A stretch of 64,000 bases of DNA from Candidatus Woesearchaeota archaeon (GCA_016180235.1 JACPBQ010000004.1:175674-239673), one strand, 5' to 3'; positions 36,036 to 45,665 are shown, counted from the first letter of the stretch. Notes: a model not told the origin generated them from the letters alone. Translations and numbers: made by a program.

Positions 36036-37238
36036 ATGGCTACTGTTTTGGTGTTTTTGACTTATCTTGGAATAATCCTTCTTATAGGCCTGCTTACATC
36101 AATTTTAAGCAATAAGCTCAAAATACCACATATACTGCTGCTCCTGCTGATAGGGATTGGTATCGGAAAAGTAGAATACAAAGGAAGCCCTCTTATATTT
36201 TTCCCGGAACTTTTCCTTACAGGAATAAGCATACTTGCCCTAGTGATGATAGTGTTTGATGCAGCATCAAGGTTCAAGCTCAGGAACCTGGACTATTTTT
36301 CCCTGCATACGCTGTGGCTGTCAATCATTTTCCTTGTGTTTAATCTTGTTTTCCTGACACTTTTTACTACAATGATCTTTGACATCAAGTCCATATTCCT
36401 TTCATTCATGTTCGCTACGCTCATGTCAGGCACTGACCCGGCTGCTGTCCTTTCGATGCTCAAGGGCACGAGCCACAAGGTGTTTGATTTTTTGAAACTG
36501 GAAGCTTTGCTGAATACACCATTGGTTGTACTGCTTCCATTCCTTATACTAGACCTGAAAAGAACATTGCAGGACCAGATTCTAATAAGCACATTCATAG
36601 ACCAGTTTGTCCCCTTATTGCAGCAGTTCATTGTCGGAATAGGGACGGGAGTTTTGATAGGCCTGATAATGTTCAAGTTCATGAAGAAGCAGTATTCTAT
36701 GATACTCTCACCATTAGCAGTCATCACCTCTGCCTTATTGGCTTATACTATAGCCGAGAATCTGCACGGCAACGGGGTTTTGGCAGTTACATCCATGGGC
36801 ATACTTTTTGGAAATGTATATCTCAAGCAGAAATTCCAGCTGCAGGAATTTTCCACGGTTTTTTCAAGCTCCCTCGAGATACTGGTCTTCGTGCTGATAG
36901 GGCTCATAGTAAACATACCATTCACAGCAGAATTTTTCCTGAAATCAGCCTTACTTTTTGCCCTGTACCTTTTGATCAGGTTCTTTGCGATAGTATTCTC
37001 ATTAAGGGGCATGAATTTTGACCTGAAAGAGAAGATATTTATGTCTCTAAACGTCCAGAAAGGCATTGCTGTGGCAGTAGTTGTATTCTCGCTCGCGAAT
37101 TTGAGCATGGATGGCATTGACACGATACTCAATCTGGTACTGGCTTTCATGCTTTATTCGATAATCCTTTCATCTATAGCCCTCAGGGCATCTAAATTTT
37201 TTATCAATACAGAAACAAAAAAAATCAATCATTTATGA
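36036..37238 (+). CDS. Na+/H+ (cation/proton) antiporter, CPA1-like
   Basis: ~11 TM segments. SGTDPAAV motif typical of NhaP-type exchangers. Confidence 0.7.
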   Translation: MATVLVFLTYLGIILLIGLLTSILSNKLKIPHILLLLLIGIGIGKVEYKGSPLIFFPELFLTGISILALVMIVFDAASRFKLRNLDYFSLHTLWLSIIFLVFNLVFLTLFTTMIFDIKSIFLSFMFATLMSGTDPAAVLSMLKGTSHKVFDFLKLEALLNTPLVVLLPFLILDLKRTLQDQILISTFIDQFVPLLQQFIVGIGTGVLIGLIMFKFMKKQYSMILSPLAVITSALLAYTIAENLHGNGVLAVTSMGILFGNVYLKQKFQLQEFSTVFSSSLEILVFVLIGLIVNIPFTAEFFLKSALLFALYLLIRFFAIVFSLRGMNFDLKEKIFMSLNVQKGIAVAVVVFSLANLSMDGIDTILNLVLAFMLYSIILSSIALRASKFFINTETKKINHL

Positions 37239-39681
37239 TTTTGGCCACGCTTACTAGCTTATCGTTATCTTCCAGCTTCATCAATCTTACTCCCTGGGTG
37301 CTCCTTCCTATTACAGAAATCTGGGAAGCAGGCATCCTTATCGTTATTCCGTTCTTTGTTATGAGCATTATCTCATCATTATCATCAACGGAATTTATCG
37401 AGATTACTTTCCCGTTCCTTTCGGAGCATATTATGTTCTTGACACCAGAGCCTCCCCTGCTTATCAGCCTGTACTCCGATATTTTTGTCCTTTTTCCATA
37501 GCCGTTTTCCGTTACTGTGAGCAAGGTCTTGTCATCCGTCGCAACCACCATTCCAACCACATAATCATTTTGAGAAAGCTTAATGCCGCGAACTCCCTGG
37601 GCAGACCTTCCTGTGGTCCTCACATCATTCTCATTAAATCTTACCGCAATGCCGTTTTCTGTAGCTAAAATGATCTCTTTATTGGGGTCTGTAAGCTTCA
37701 CTCCTATAAGGCTGTCGTCAGAATCAAGGGATATTGCTATGATTCCTGTCTTTCTTGGGTTTGAATATGCCGCGAGATCCGTCTTCTTTATGGTGCCTTT
37801 CCTTGTTGCCATGATAAGGCAATGGCTGCTGCCAAAATCGGCTACAGGGATGTATGCTGTAACGTGCTCATCATTTTCAAGATTAATAAGATTTATTATG
37901 GCTTTGCCTCTTGCCTGCCTTGATGCCTCGGGTATGCTGTAGACCTTGAGCCAGTAAACCTTACCCTTGTCAGTAAACAGGAGAATGTAGGAGTGCGTGT
38001 TTGCTATGAATATGTCCTTTACAAAATCCTCTTCTTTTGTCGTTGTTGCTATAAGCCCCTTTCCACCCCTATTCTGCTGCCTGTAAACAGCAAGAGGCTG
38101 CCTCTTGATGTAGCCGGAATGGGTTATTGTGATGACGCAATCATGCTGCTCTATGATGTCCTCTGTCTCCAGGCTGGCTGCTTCCTCTCCTGTGATCTGG
38201 GTTTTTCTCTTATCGCCATAGTTCTCCATCAGCTCAAGGAGCTCTTTCTTTATTATGTCAAGAATTTTTTGCGGAGACTGCAATATGGACTTTAATTCCT
38301 CAATAAGCCTGAGAAGGTCCATATGCTCCTGCTTCACCTTTTCCTGCTCCAAGGATGTCAATCTTTGCAATCTCATCTCTAAAATCGCGGTGCTCTGCTC
38401 CTTCGAGAGATTAAAATTTGAGATTAAAGCGCTATTTGCATCTTCAACGGACTTGCTTTCCTTTATCAGCTTTATCGTCCTGTCAATATTATCAAGCGCG
38501 ATTATCAGGCCTTCAAGCAGATGGGCGCGGTTCTGGGCCTTGTGCATGTCAAACAAGGTCCTTTTCCTAACAATGTCTTTCCTGTGGTCTATGTAGTGGC
38601 TTATTATCTGCTTCAAGCCAAGGACTTTCGGAACATTGCCAACCAAGGCAACCATTATTATGCCGAATGTAACCTGCAGCCTTGAATGAGTGTAAAGCTG
38701 GTTTAAGACAACATCGGGATTGGAGTCTTTCCTGAGCTCGATAACAATCCTTATCCCTTCCTTGTCAGACTCGTCCCTCAAATCCGATATGCCGTTTATT
38801 TTCTTGTCCCTTACCAGGTCAGCAATATGGCTTATCATCTCTGCCTTATTGACCATATAAGGGATTTCTGTCACAATTATTTTTTTCCTGTCCTTTATTT
38901 CCTCTACCTCTGTTTTTGCCCTTACCAGAATTTTTCCCCTTCCTGTCCTGTAAGCCTCTTTTATGCCGCTGACACCGTATATTATTGCCCCTGTGGGAAA
39001 ATCCGGGCCTTTTATGTGCTGCATGAGCTGCTCAGCGGTAATTTCCGGGCTGTCAATCTGGCTTATTACCGCGCTTATCACCTCAGACATGTTATGCGGA
39101 GGAATATTCGTTGCCATGCCGACTGCTATGCCAGATGAGCCGTTGACAAGCAGATTAGGGACTTTTGACGGCAGAACTAAAGGCTCCTGGGAAGTATTAT
39201 CAAAATTAGAGGCAAACTTTACTGTCCTTTTTTCTATGTCCTGCAGCATCTCTTCTGCCAGCTTTGTTAATCTTGCCTCGGTATATCGCATTGCTGCCGG
39301 ATTGTCGCCGTCGAGACTTCCAAAATTCCCCTGGCCATCTACTAATAGATACCTCATCGAGAAATTCTGGGCCATCCTCACAAGGGAATCATATATTGCT
39401 GCGTCGCCATGCGGATGAAATTCAGCCATGGTCCTGCCAACAATGAATGCTGATTTCCTGAACGGCTTGTTGTGGAGCAAACCGGCATGATACATTGAGT
39501 AAAGAATCCTGCGATGCACCGGCTTTAAGCCATCCCTGACATCCGGCAAGGCCCTTCCAACAATGACAGACATAGAATAATCCAAGTAGCTCTTCTTCAT
39601 CTCCTCTTCTATAACTCTCGGAATTATTATAGTTCCCTGGCCAGATTCCTGCCCCTTGATTTCATCAGTTTTTTTGTCCAT
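37225..39681 (-). CDS. gyrA: DNA gyrase subunit A
   Basis: SVIVGRALPDVRDGLKPVHRRILY, HPHGD, AAMRYTE (catalytic Tyr), C-terminal beta-pinwheel repeats. Confidence 0.95.
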   Translation of the reverse strand: MDKKTDEIKGQESGQGTIIIPRVIEEEMKKSYLDYSMSVIVGRALPDVRDGLKPVHRRILYSMYHAGLLHNKPFRKSAFIVGRTMAEFHPHGDAAIYDSLVRMAQNFSMRYLLVDGQGNFGSLDGDNPAAMRYTEARLTKLAEEMLQDIEKRTVKFASNFDNTSQEPLVLPSKVPNLLVNGSSGIAVGMATNIPPHNMSEVISAVISQIDSPEITAEQLMQHIKGPDFPTGAIIYGVSGIKEAYRTGRGKILVRAKTEVEEIKDRKKIIVTEIPYMVNKAEMISHIADLVRDKKINGISDLRDESDKEGIRIVIELRKDSNPDVVLNQLYTHSRLQVTFGIIMVALVGNVPKVLGLKQIISHYIDHRKDIVRKRTLFDMHKAQNRAHLLEGLIIALDNIDRTIKLIKESKSVEDANSALISNFNLSKEQSTAILEMRLQRLTSLEQEKVKQEHMDLLRLIEELKSILQSPQKILDIIKKELLELMENYGDKRKTQITGEEAASLETEDIIEQHDCVITITHSGYIKRQPLAVYRQQNRGGKGLIATTTKEEDFVKDIFIANTHSYILLFTDKGKVYWLKVYSIPEASRQARGKAIINLINLENDEHVTAYIPVADFGSSHCLIMATRKGTIKKTDLAAYSNPRKTGIIAISLDSDDSLIGVKLTDPNKEIILATENGIAVRFNENDVRTTGRSAQGVRGIKLSQNDYVVGMVVATDDKTLLTVTENGYGKRTKISEYRLISRGGSGVKNIICSERNGKVISINSVDDNDEIMLITKNGITIRMPASQISVIGRSTQGVRLMKLEDNDKLVSVAKIIND

Positions 39682-39827
39682 TTTTTAACCAGAAAATATG
39701 CACTTTACCGACGGTAAATAGGTATGCTTTCGGCTTTATAAGGGTTATGATTTTCGGTTATTATTTTCTATATGGAAAATAACTAAGTTTAGGCCATGTT
39801 ATTTTATCGATTTTTCTGCATGAGAAA

Positions 39828-39971
39828 TCATATTTTCTGGATTGTGTTCTGCCTCACGGAAAAACTTTTCCCGCAATAAACGCATCTCTTCTTGTTTTTT
39901 TCAGAAATCAATCCTGCAGAGCTATATTTCATCCTGTTTTTGCATTTCGGGCATTGCAGAAGGAACATCAT
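39828..39971 (-). CDS. Small Zn-ribbon protein (47 aa, not in the ORF track)
   Basis: My translation: MMFLLQCPKCKNRMKYSSAGLISEKNKKRCVYCGKSFSVRQNTIQKI. CPKC...CVYC pairs. Confidence 0.4.
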   Translation of the reverse strand: MMFLLQCPKCKNRMKYSSAGLISEKNKKRCVYCGKSFSVRQNTIQKI

Positions 39972-40096
39972 TTTTAGGGTTTTTTCAATCAATATTTTGT
40001 TATCAATTTGGTTTAATTTCGGGAACTAATCTTAAATTATAAGTATTGTTTATTTTTAATGAACGTTTTTATGTTATTTTTTAAAAGATTGTTTTT

Positions 40097-41140
40097 TTAG
40101 TTAGTTTTGCTGCTGTCGTCTTCATCTTCCTGTTTTTCTTCCATTGATGCGTCCAGGAGGTCTTTTGGCTCTTCTTCAGGCTTGTTTTTTTGACTTTGGC
40201 CATGGCTTTCAATCTTTTCTTCATTTTCTTCTTCTTTAGGAGGATGCAACATTCTTTCCACTTTTTGGTCGATTATCCTCTCCATTTTCTTATCAACTTG
40301 TATTCCTTTGCCACTGAATTTAGGCCTTTTTTGCCATTCCGCACTTTCTTCAAGCCTTTTTTCCTCTTCTGCCTTAATCTCCCCTATTTTTTCCCTGTCT
40401 TTTTCAAGCTCTTCCTCAGAAGGCTCGTCAACAACCTCTAAATTTCCAAGCTTTTCTTTATATTCTGTTATTTCAGGACTTTCTTCTTCCAAGCTTTCCG
40501 TTATTTTATTTTCTCCTTCTTCACTTTCAAGATCATCCAAGGAATCTATCTGCTCTTTTATTTTCTCATCTTTATTCTCTTCTTCCATGGCTTTTCTTCT
40601 CTGCTCTGACTTTATTGAATCAACTTCTCTCTCTTTTTCCTCTATGGCTCTTGCAATGCTCTGGAAGTCCTGGAACTGCTCCCTCAGATTTTCCTCTGGA
40701 AGGTCAAAATACTCGAAGAATTTCTGGGTCAATTTAATCAGGTTGGTTCTCCCGTGCTTCTGCCTCGTTATGTATCCCATCTCTTCAAGCTCTTTCAGAT
40801 GATCATATGCCTTGTTCGTCCTTATCCTTATCAAATCGGACTGCTTGATAGGATACTTGAATGCTATTACGGCCAAAGTTTCCATTATTGTCCTGCTGAG
40901 CTCTGTTTCAGTAACTATATTCCTGACCAAAGAAAGAAACTGCTCCCTTACAGCCAGCTTCCATGAATTGCCCTCATTTATGAGCATGGTGCTGGAATCC
41001 TTTTGATCGTGCTCCTGCTTCATCTCTTCCAGCGCAGATTGGACTTCATCTTCCCTGGCCCTGGCCAATTTTGAGAGCTCCTCTATGCTCATCTTCCTGC
41101 CTGAAGAAAAAAGCAATGCCTCCAGTTTATTCTTGAGCAT
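40097..41140 (-). CDS. scpB: Segregation and condensation protein B with a long acidic C-terminal extension
   Basis: LEALLFSSGRKMSIEELSKL and a second wHTH, YDHLKELEEMGYI. Confidence 0.8.
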   Translation of the reverse strand: MLKNKLEALLFSSGRKMSIEELSKLARAREDEVQSALEEMKQEHDQKDSSTMLINEGNSWKLAVREQFLSLVRNIVTETELSRTIMETLAVIAFKYPIKQSDLIRIRTNKAYDHLKELEEMGYITRQKHGRTNLIKLTQKFFEYFDLPEENLREQFQDFQSIARAIEEKEREVDSIKSEQRRKAMEEENKDEKIKEQIDSLDDLESEEGENKITESLEEESPEITEYKEKLGNLEVVDEPSEEELEKDREKIGEIKAEEEKRLEESAEWQKRPKFSGKGIQVDKKMERIIDQKVERMLHPPKEEENEEKIESHGQSQKNKPEEEPKDLLDASMEEKQEDEDDSSKTN

Positions 41141-41738
41141 TTTCCATCTCTTGCTTAATCAAGCTATAAAAGCCGTTCTCCTCTTTTATCTTGCTGTCCT
41201 TTACCATGCTGTCCAAAAATATCTTAAGCTCGTCAGGTTTTATTCCTGTAACTTTTGACAGCTTTTCCCTGTCAAGGCTGCCATAAATCAAGGATATCAA
41301 AATAAGGTTCTTTACAGTTGTCTGCATGTTTTTCTTCAAAAATTCGTTTTCGTTATTCTGTTTCTTTACAATCATGTCTACATCATGCAATCTTGCCTGC
41401 AGATCATTAACAAAATCCTCTATCATGGACCTGTCAAGGCTATAGTTTTCCGGCTTCAATATCTGGATGGATGAGGGCATGTAATCAAAGCAGAAGGCTA
41501 TCAGCTTCCTTATTCCCTTGACAACCATCTCCAATTCCGCAAAAGTTGCCCATAATCCGCTTTTCTCCTTGGCATCGGCAAATTCCTCCTTTAGGATTAT
41601 GAGGTCTGAGTCCTGCCTTATCCTGTCCACGTACATCTTAAGGGCTTTTTCAACATGCTCTTTCGGCTTTCCAAGAACTTCTATAATGACATTGCACCTC
41701 AGATGCGTCATATCATCAGCGATTTTGGTTTCATGCAT
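41127..41738 (-). CDS. Hypothetical protein with a C-terminal winged-helix-like segment, in an operon with scpB
   Basis: Overlaps the scpB start. No ScpA/kleisin motif recognised. Confidence 0.45.
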   Translation of the reverse strand: MHETKIADDMTHLRCNVIIEVLGKPKEHVEKALKMYVDRIRQDSDLIILKEEFADAKEKSGLWATFAELEMVVKGIRKLIAFCFDYMPSSIQILKPENYSLDRSMIEDFVNDLQARLHDVDMIVKKQNNENEFLKKNMQTTVKNLILISLIYGSLDREKLSKVTGIKPDELKIFLDSMVKDSKIKEENGFYSLIKQEMENAQE

Positions 41739-41804
41739 AAGTTTTCAGAATGGAATTAGGTTTAAAAAGGTTTTGTTTAAGAAAACCTCAGAAAATCAAA
41801 TGGT

Positions 41805-43577
41805 TTATCTTCTCGATATCAGCACTATATTCAGTATAACTGAAAGCAGGATTATGAAAGCCGGGATGAGATTCTTTGCCTTTTCTGTGGTTGACTCATA
41901 TACGATGCCGGAATCTGCAAAATCAGCTGTTATTTTATTTTCAGCTTTACCGTAAACTTCTTTTCCCTCTAAATCCTCAAGGCCGTTATTTTCGTCCTTA
42001 CCGATTTTAACAACTATGTCTTTTGTTATCTCATTGTTTGTTTTCTGGTTGTTTTTGTTCAGCACAACCTTGAATTTATAATTACCAGGCTCTATGCCAT
42101 CAAGGCTATTGCTCAGCTCAACAACCTGCAATGAGTTTGCCTTCAGGGTAAATTCCTTCATATTCTCCTCCCTTTCGCCGGAATATGATTTTGAGCCGCG
42201 GTAGACATAGCTCCATAATTTCATGTCCATGTCCTCATTGTTATTGTTGTCAAGCACTATATTTGCGCTTAATTTGCTGTCAGCATCAACAATTTCATTG
42301 AAATTGCCCAAGTCGAAATCAAAGCCAGCTGCGGCTGATTTTTTGCTTTCTATTATTTTTACATCGCACATCGAATCTGTCAAATCCTCTATTCTCACTT
42401 CTTCTTCATCCTGGGAGTCAAGGCCTTCTGACTTAATCATGTAATTATCATTATCAAATGATTCATCGCAGTTGGGGTCTATCTGCACCGGGATAGTGAT
42501 GGAATAATTCATATACTTCGATTTCAGGCCGGTCCTTGACTGCTTGCTCACGCTCCTGCCATTATTGTCCTCTATCCATACTGCAATGCTCTCCTTGTTG
42601 GTGTTGCCCTTATAGGCGCTAAGCCTTACCCTTATCACCTGGCCGAACTTTGCCTGATTGTCATTTCCAAGATCGAGCACATTCTCTATGCTTATCGATG
42701 ACTTCTCGTCCAATGGCTTTCCTTTTATAGTTATTATCTGGGTGTCAAAATTGTTTTCTGAATTCCCGTCATCGCATTCAGCAGTTATATTGGACTCCAG
42801 GATGTAAGATTTGCCTTCATCCAGATTAGGAGTAAATTCCGATGATGTCCTTTGCGTTGATATTGATTCATTGGTAAAGGGGCTGTATTCCTTCATCAGT
42901 TTTCCGTTAAGGTCCTCTATCTTTGCCTTCATGGTGAAATTAGTTGGTGTTCCGGATATTTTTGAAGCCCTCAACTTGAATGTAAAATCAGATGAATTGT
43001 CAAACAAAGTCTTCGAGAGGATAAAGTTCACTGCGTAATCACATCCTTCATTTATTATGGCGCTCCCATCATTGGAAAATCCAGGGGTGGGGCTTGACTT
43101 ATGCAAAGAGCCGTTTACAAATGCCCAGCTTAAGCCATCAGTAGTTGAATTATAGGTTTTTCTGTCAATCAGATTGCCATGATTATCATAAAGAGATAAG
43201 TTTTCCCCGTCATTTTTTAGCCCGGAGCCTCCAATTGAGGAATCATCGACATAAAGCCTCATAGCATCAATGCTTACATTAAAATTATCATAAACTCTGG
43301 TTGCATCATCTGTGATTATTGCAAAGCCGTATGCTGGAATTATCGTGCCTTCCTTATTGTATAGGCCACCTTCCAGCGTGTCATTCTCGCTATCATCCCC
43401 TATGAGCCAGCCGCTTACATTTATCTCCACGCTTTCATTGTTGTATAATTCTATCCACTCATTCAGGCTTTCGTCCGCTACAGGATCTGCCATTATCTCG
43501 CTAATCAGCATGCCGTTGGTCGCATCGATAAAAATTAAAAAAGCCGATAAAAGGAGCAAAAGCCTCATTTTAAGCAA
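41805..43577 (-). CDS. Secreted lamin-tail-domain (LTD) protein with a C-terminal membrane anchor
   Basis: Signal peptide, LISEIMADPVADESLNEWIELYNNESVEINVSGWLIGDD (LTD), C-terminal TM IPAFIILLSVILNIVLI. Confidence 0.75.
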   Translation of the reverse strand: MLKMRLLLLLSAFLIFIDATNGMLISEIMADPVADESLNEWIELYNNESVEINVSGWLIGDDSENDTLEGGLYNKEGTIIPAYGFAIITDDATRVYDNFNVSIDAMRLYVDDSSIGGSGLKNDGENLSLYDNHGNLIDRKTYNSTTDGLSWAFVNGSLHKSSPTPGFSNDGSAIINEGCDYAVNFILSKTLFDNSSDFTFKLRASKISGTPTNFTMKAKIEDLNGKLMKEYSPFTNESISTQRTSSEFTPNLDEGKSYILESNITAECDDGNSENNFDTQIITIKGKPLDEKSSISIENVLDLGNDNQAKFGQVIRVRLSAYKGNTNKESIAVWIEDNNGRSVSKQSRTGLKSKYMNYSITIPVQIDPNCDESFDNDNYMIKSEGLDSQDEEEVRIEDLTDSMCDVKIIESKKSAAAGFDFDLGNFNEIVDADSKLSANIVLDNNNNEDMDMKLWSYVYRGSKSYSGEREENMKEFTLKANSLQVVELSNSLDGIEPGNYKFKVVLNKNNQKTNNEITKDIVVKIGKDENNGLEDLEGKEVYGKAENKITADFADSGIVYESTTEKAKNLIPAFIILLSVILNIVLISRR

Positions 43578-43697
43578 ATTTTAAAAAATTAATATAAAAA
43601 CTTTTCACTCCTGGCTGACATTTACTTTACCATTTCAGAATGATAATAAAAGTTTAATAAAGAATCTCTTTTTATTTACGGGAATAAGAGGTGCATA

Positions 43698-44366
43698 GTG
43701 GGGTTTTTAAAATTCTTAAAAAGGGATAAAAGCAAAGATCTGGACATGGATTTTGGGAATTTGGATGTCCCGCCTATGCCTCCTTCGCCTCCAGGAATGG
43801 ATAAGGGGGGCTTTGAAGACCTTCCTGAGATTCCTGAAATGCAAGATAGTGATGAGGCTTTTTCTGGCATGGAAGAGGAAAATGAGCCTGTTTCCGGGAT
43901 TAAGGTGCCGTCATTACCACAACCGAGGTATATGGAGGAGCCTGCTTTTCGGCCATTCAAGGGCTTTAAGCCTGCTGGGAGCGTGAAACCTGATTTTGGC
44001 ATGCAAGGGCTTCAGGAGCCGGTGCAGGAAACTGAAGAGGATGTCCAGGAGACAGAGCTGAGGCCAAAAAAAACAGACTATTATGAAAGATTTTCCAGGG
44101 CTGCTGTCAGGGAAGAAAGGGAAGTTTTGGAGCATAAAGATGCAAAAGGCCCTATTTTCATGAGAGTTGACAGGTTCAGGAATGTCTTAAGGAATGTAAG
44201 CGAAATAAGAAGCAGCCTCAAGGTTTCAAATGAGATACTTTCAAAGCTCAATGATATTGATGTAAATGCTGAAAAGGAATTCGAAAAATGGAAGAATATA
44301 ATGGCTGATATGCAGAAAAAACTGGTTTTTGTCGATAAAACTTTATTCAAAGGCGATAAGAAATGA
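43698..44366 (+). CDS. Hypothetical protein: proline motif N-terminus, acidic linker, C-terminal domain paralogous to ORF 44470
   Basis: GTG start with a GAGGTG Shine-Dalgarno sequence. GPIFMRVDRFRNVLRNVSEIR...EKWKNIMADMQKKLVFVDKTLF aligns with ORF 44470. Confidence 0.55.
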   Translation: MGFLKFLKRDKSKDLDMDFGNLDVPPMPPSPPGMDKGGFEDLPEIPEMQDSDEAFSGMEEENEPVSGIKVPSLPQPRYMEEPAFRPFKGFKPAGSVKPDFGMQGLQEPVQETEEDVQETELRPKKTDYYERFSRAAVREEREVLEHKDAKGPIFMRVDRFRNVLRNVSEIRSSLKVSNEILSKLNDIDVNAEKEFEKWKNIMADMQKKLVFVDKTLFKGDKK

Positions 44367-44469
44367 GGCAGGAAAAAGAGTGAAATCACGAGCGATTTCC
44401 GGTGTTTGCATTCGGCAAACAATACGCATGGCGCATTTTTAAGCACAATAAAACAAGAGGTGATATCTT

Positions 44470-44715
44470 ATGAGAAGCTACAAGTCTGGAGAGGCTCCGG
44501 TATTCGTGAAAATCGAGGACTACAAGGATATTTTGGATGTGCTGGAACTGATAAAAGACAGGCTGGGCGAGGCCAAGAGGACTTTGGCTGACATCAACCA
44601 GATGAAGAATGAAGAGGACGAAGAGCTTGGCATGTGGAGCTCCACGCTAAACGAGATAGAAAAAAAAATAGAGAGCATCGACAGGACGCTGTTCGAGCCG
44701 GAGAGCACCTATTAA
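44470..44715 (+). CDS. Small coiled-coil protein, paralogue of the 43698 C-terminal domain
   Basis: APVFVKIEDYKDILDVLELIK...LGMWSSTLNEIEKKIESIDRTLF. Strong Shine-Dalgarno sequence AGAGGTGAT. Confidence 0.6.
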   Translation: MRSYKSGEAPVFVKIEDYKDILDVLELIKDRLGEAKRTLADINQMKNEEDEELGMWSSTLNEIEKKIESIDRTLFEPESTY

Positions 44716-44716
44716 G

Positions 44717-45136
44717 ATGAAAGCCAAGATGGAGAAAGAGGAAAACGTACTTTTCGTAGAGGTAAGGGGGCCTAGCGAAGTAAGGAGGAATATCCTTGAA
44801 TCCCTGAAAGGGATAGTGGAGACGCTGCAAAGGTTTGAAAGGTTCAGGCATGTAAGGAGAGAAAAAATACACAGCATAAACAAGCTCAGCAGCGATTTAA
44901 AAGGAATAAACAGGATGCTTTCTGATCTGAAAAATACGATTCCGGAAACAAATCTTAGGGAAATAAAGATAAAAGCAGTGCTTAAGGAAGAAAGCAGGGA
45001 AAAATCAAAGCCAAAAAAGGGAAAACACAAAAAAGCCCACAGGGAAGCTGAAGAGAAGCCAAAGCCAATTACTGAAGTGGAAAGGCTTGAATCCGAGCTG
45101 GGGGCGATAGAGGAGAAACTAAGGGGTTTGCAGTAA
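44717..45136 (+). CDS. Third, more divergent member of the same small coiled-coil family
   Basis: VLFVEVRGPSEVRRNILESLKGIVETLQ... Starts 1 nt after the preceding stop. Confidence 0.5.
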   Translation: MKAKMEKEENVLFVEVRGPSEVRRNILESLKGIVETLQRFERFRHVRREKIHSINKLSSDLKGINRMLSDLKNTIPETNLREIKIKAVLKEESREKSKPKKGKHKKAHREAEEKPKPITEVERLESELGAIEEKLRGLQ

Positions 45137-45220
45137 GATTATTTTGATTTTCTAATTTTTAGTTCTTTTCAGTTAATTTTTATTCGACTATTTTATAAAT
45201 TTTAATCTGCTCCGCTAATA

Positions 45221-45345
45221 TAGTCCGAGGCGTCGCTGTCAGTGAATTGTGAGCGAGTGAACAATTGAGCATATCACTTGCATCTTTACTGCTCGCTCAC
45301 TCGCATCTCACTCACACGCTCCGCCTCGCATATTCATTTAGCAAT
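45221..45345. repeat. Dispersed intergenic repeat, copy 3
   Basis: CAGTGAATTGTGAGCGAGTG...CTCGCTCACTCGCATCTCA...CCGCCTCGCATATTCATT aligns with copy 1. Stem GTGAGCGAG/CTCGCTCAC. Confidence 0.6.
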
Positions 45346-45430
45346 ATTTTTAAATTATATGCTGATTCTTTGCATTATTGTGCGGAGGCAGCGCGAAAAA
45401 AGTTTTCGCTGGTCTCCGCTCATTTCATTT

Positions 45431-45651
45431 GCGGAGGTGCCGGAGTGGCCAAACGGGATAGACTCAAGGCATTTGGGTGTTGAGTGCTCATAATGAGTGC
45501 GATGAAAAATCATTTGTAAGTCATCTATTGGCTTAGTGCCTACGCAGGTTCGAAACAGCCTTTTGAAAAAAGCCTGGGAAAAACCATGCAATGAGGAATT
45601 TTCAATTCCTCGGAACGATACAAGAGGCTGACGAAAGTCCTGTCCTCCGCA
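45431..45651 (+). tRNA. tRNA-Leu(CAA), class II, with two introns (37/38 and T-loop 59/60 or 60/61)
   Basis: Exons are 45431-45468, 45523-45554/5 and 45638/9-45651. Spliced product: GCGGAGG UG CCGGAGUGGCCAAACGG G AUAGA CUCAAGA UCUAU UGGCUUAGUGCCUAC GCAGG UUCGAA(A/U) CCUGU CCUCCGC A. The 7-bp acceptor, anticodon stem and T stem are all fully base-paired (one G-U pair in the T stem); T-rich tract after the discriminator. Confidence 0.85.
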
Positions 45652-45665
45652 TATTATTTTTTAAG

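Noticed and set aside
37225-39681. gyrA without an adjacent gyrB as an anomaly
   Set aside because: Separate gyrA and gyrB loci are common. The absence of gyrB from a 64-kb window says nothing about the genome.
41127-41738. ScpA (kleisin) upstream of scpB
   Set aside because: The position would fit, but I see none of the ScpA N-terminal motifs (F.GPLDLLL..I). I left it as hypothetical.
45591-45665. N-terminal 25-aa extension of the SDR gene (MRNFQFLGTIQEADESPVLRILFFK)
   Set aside because: This stretch is intron 2 and exon 3 of the tRNA-Leu gene. The canonical SDR N-terminus begins at the ATG at 45666.
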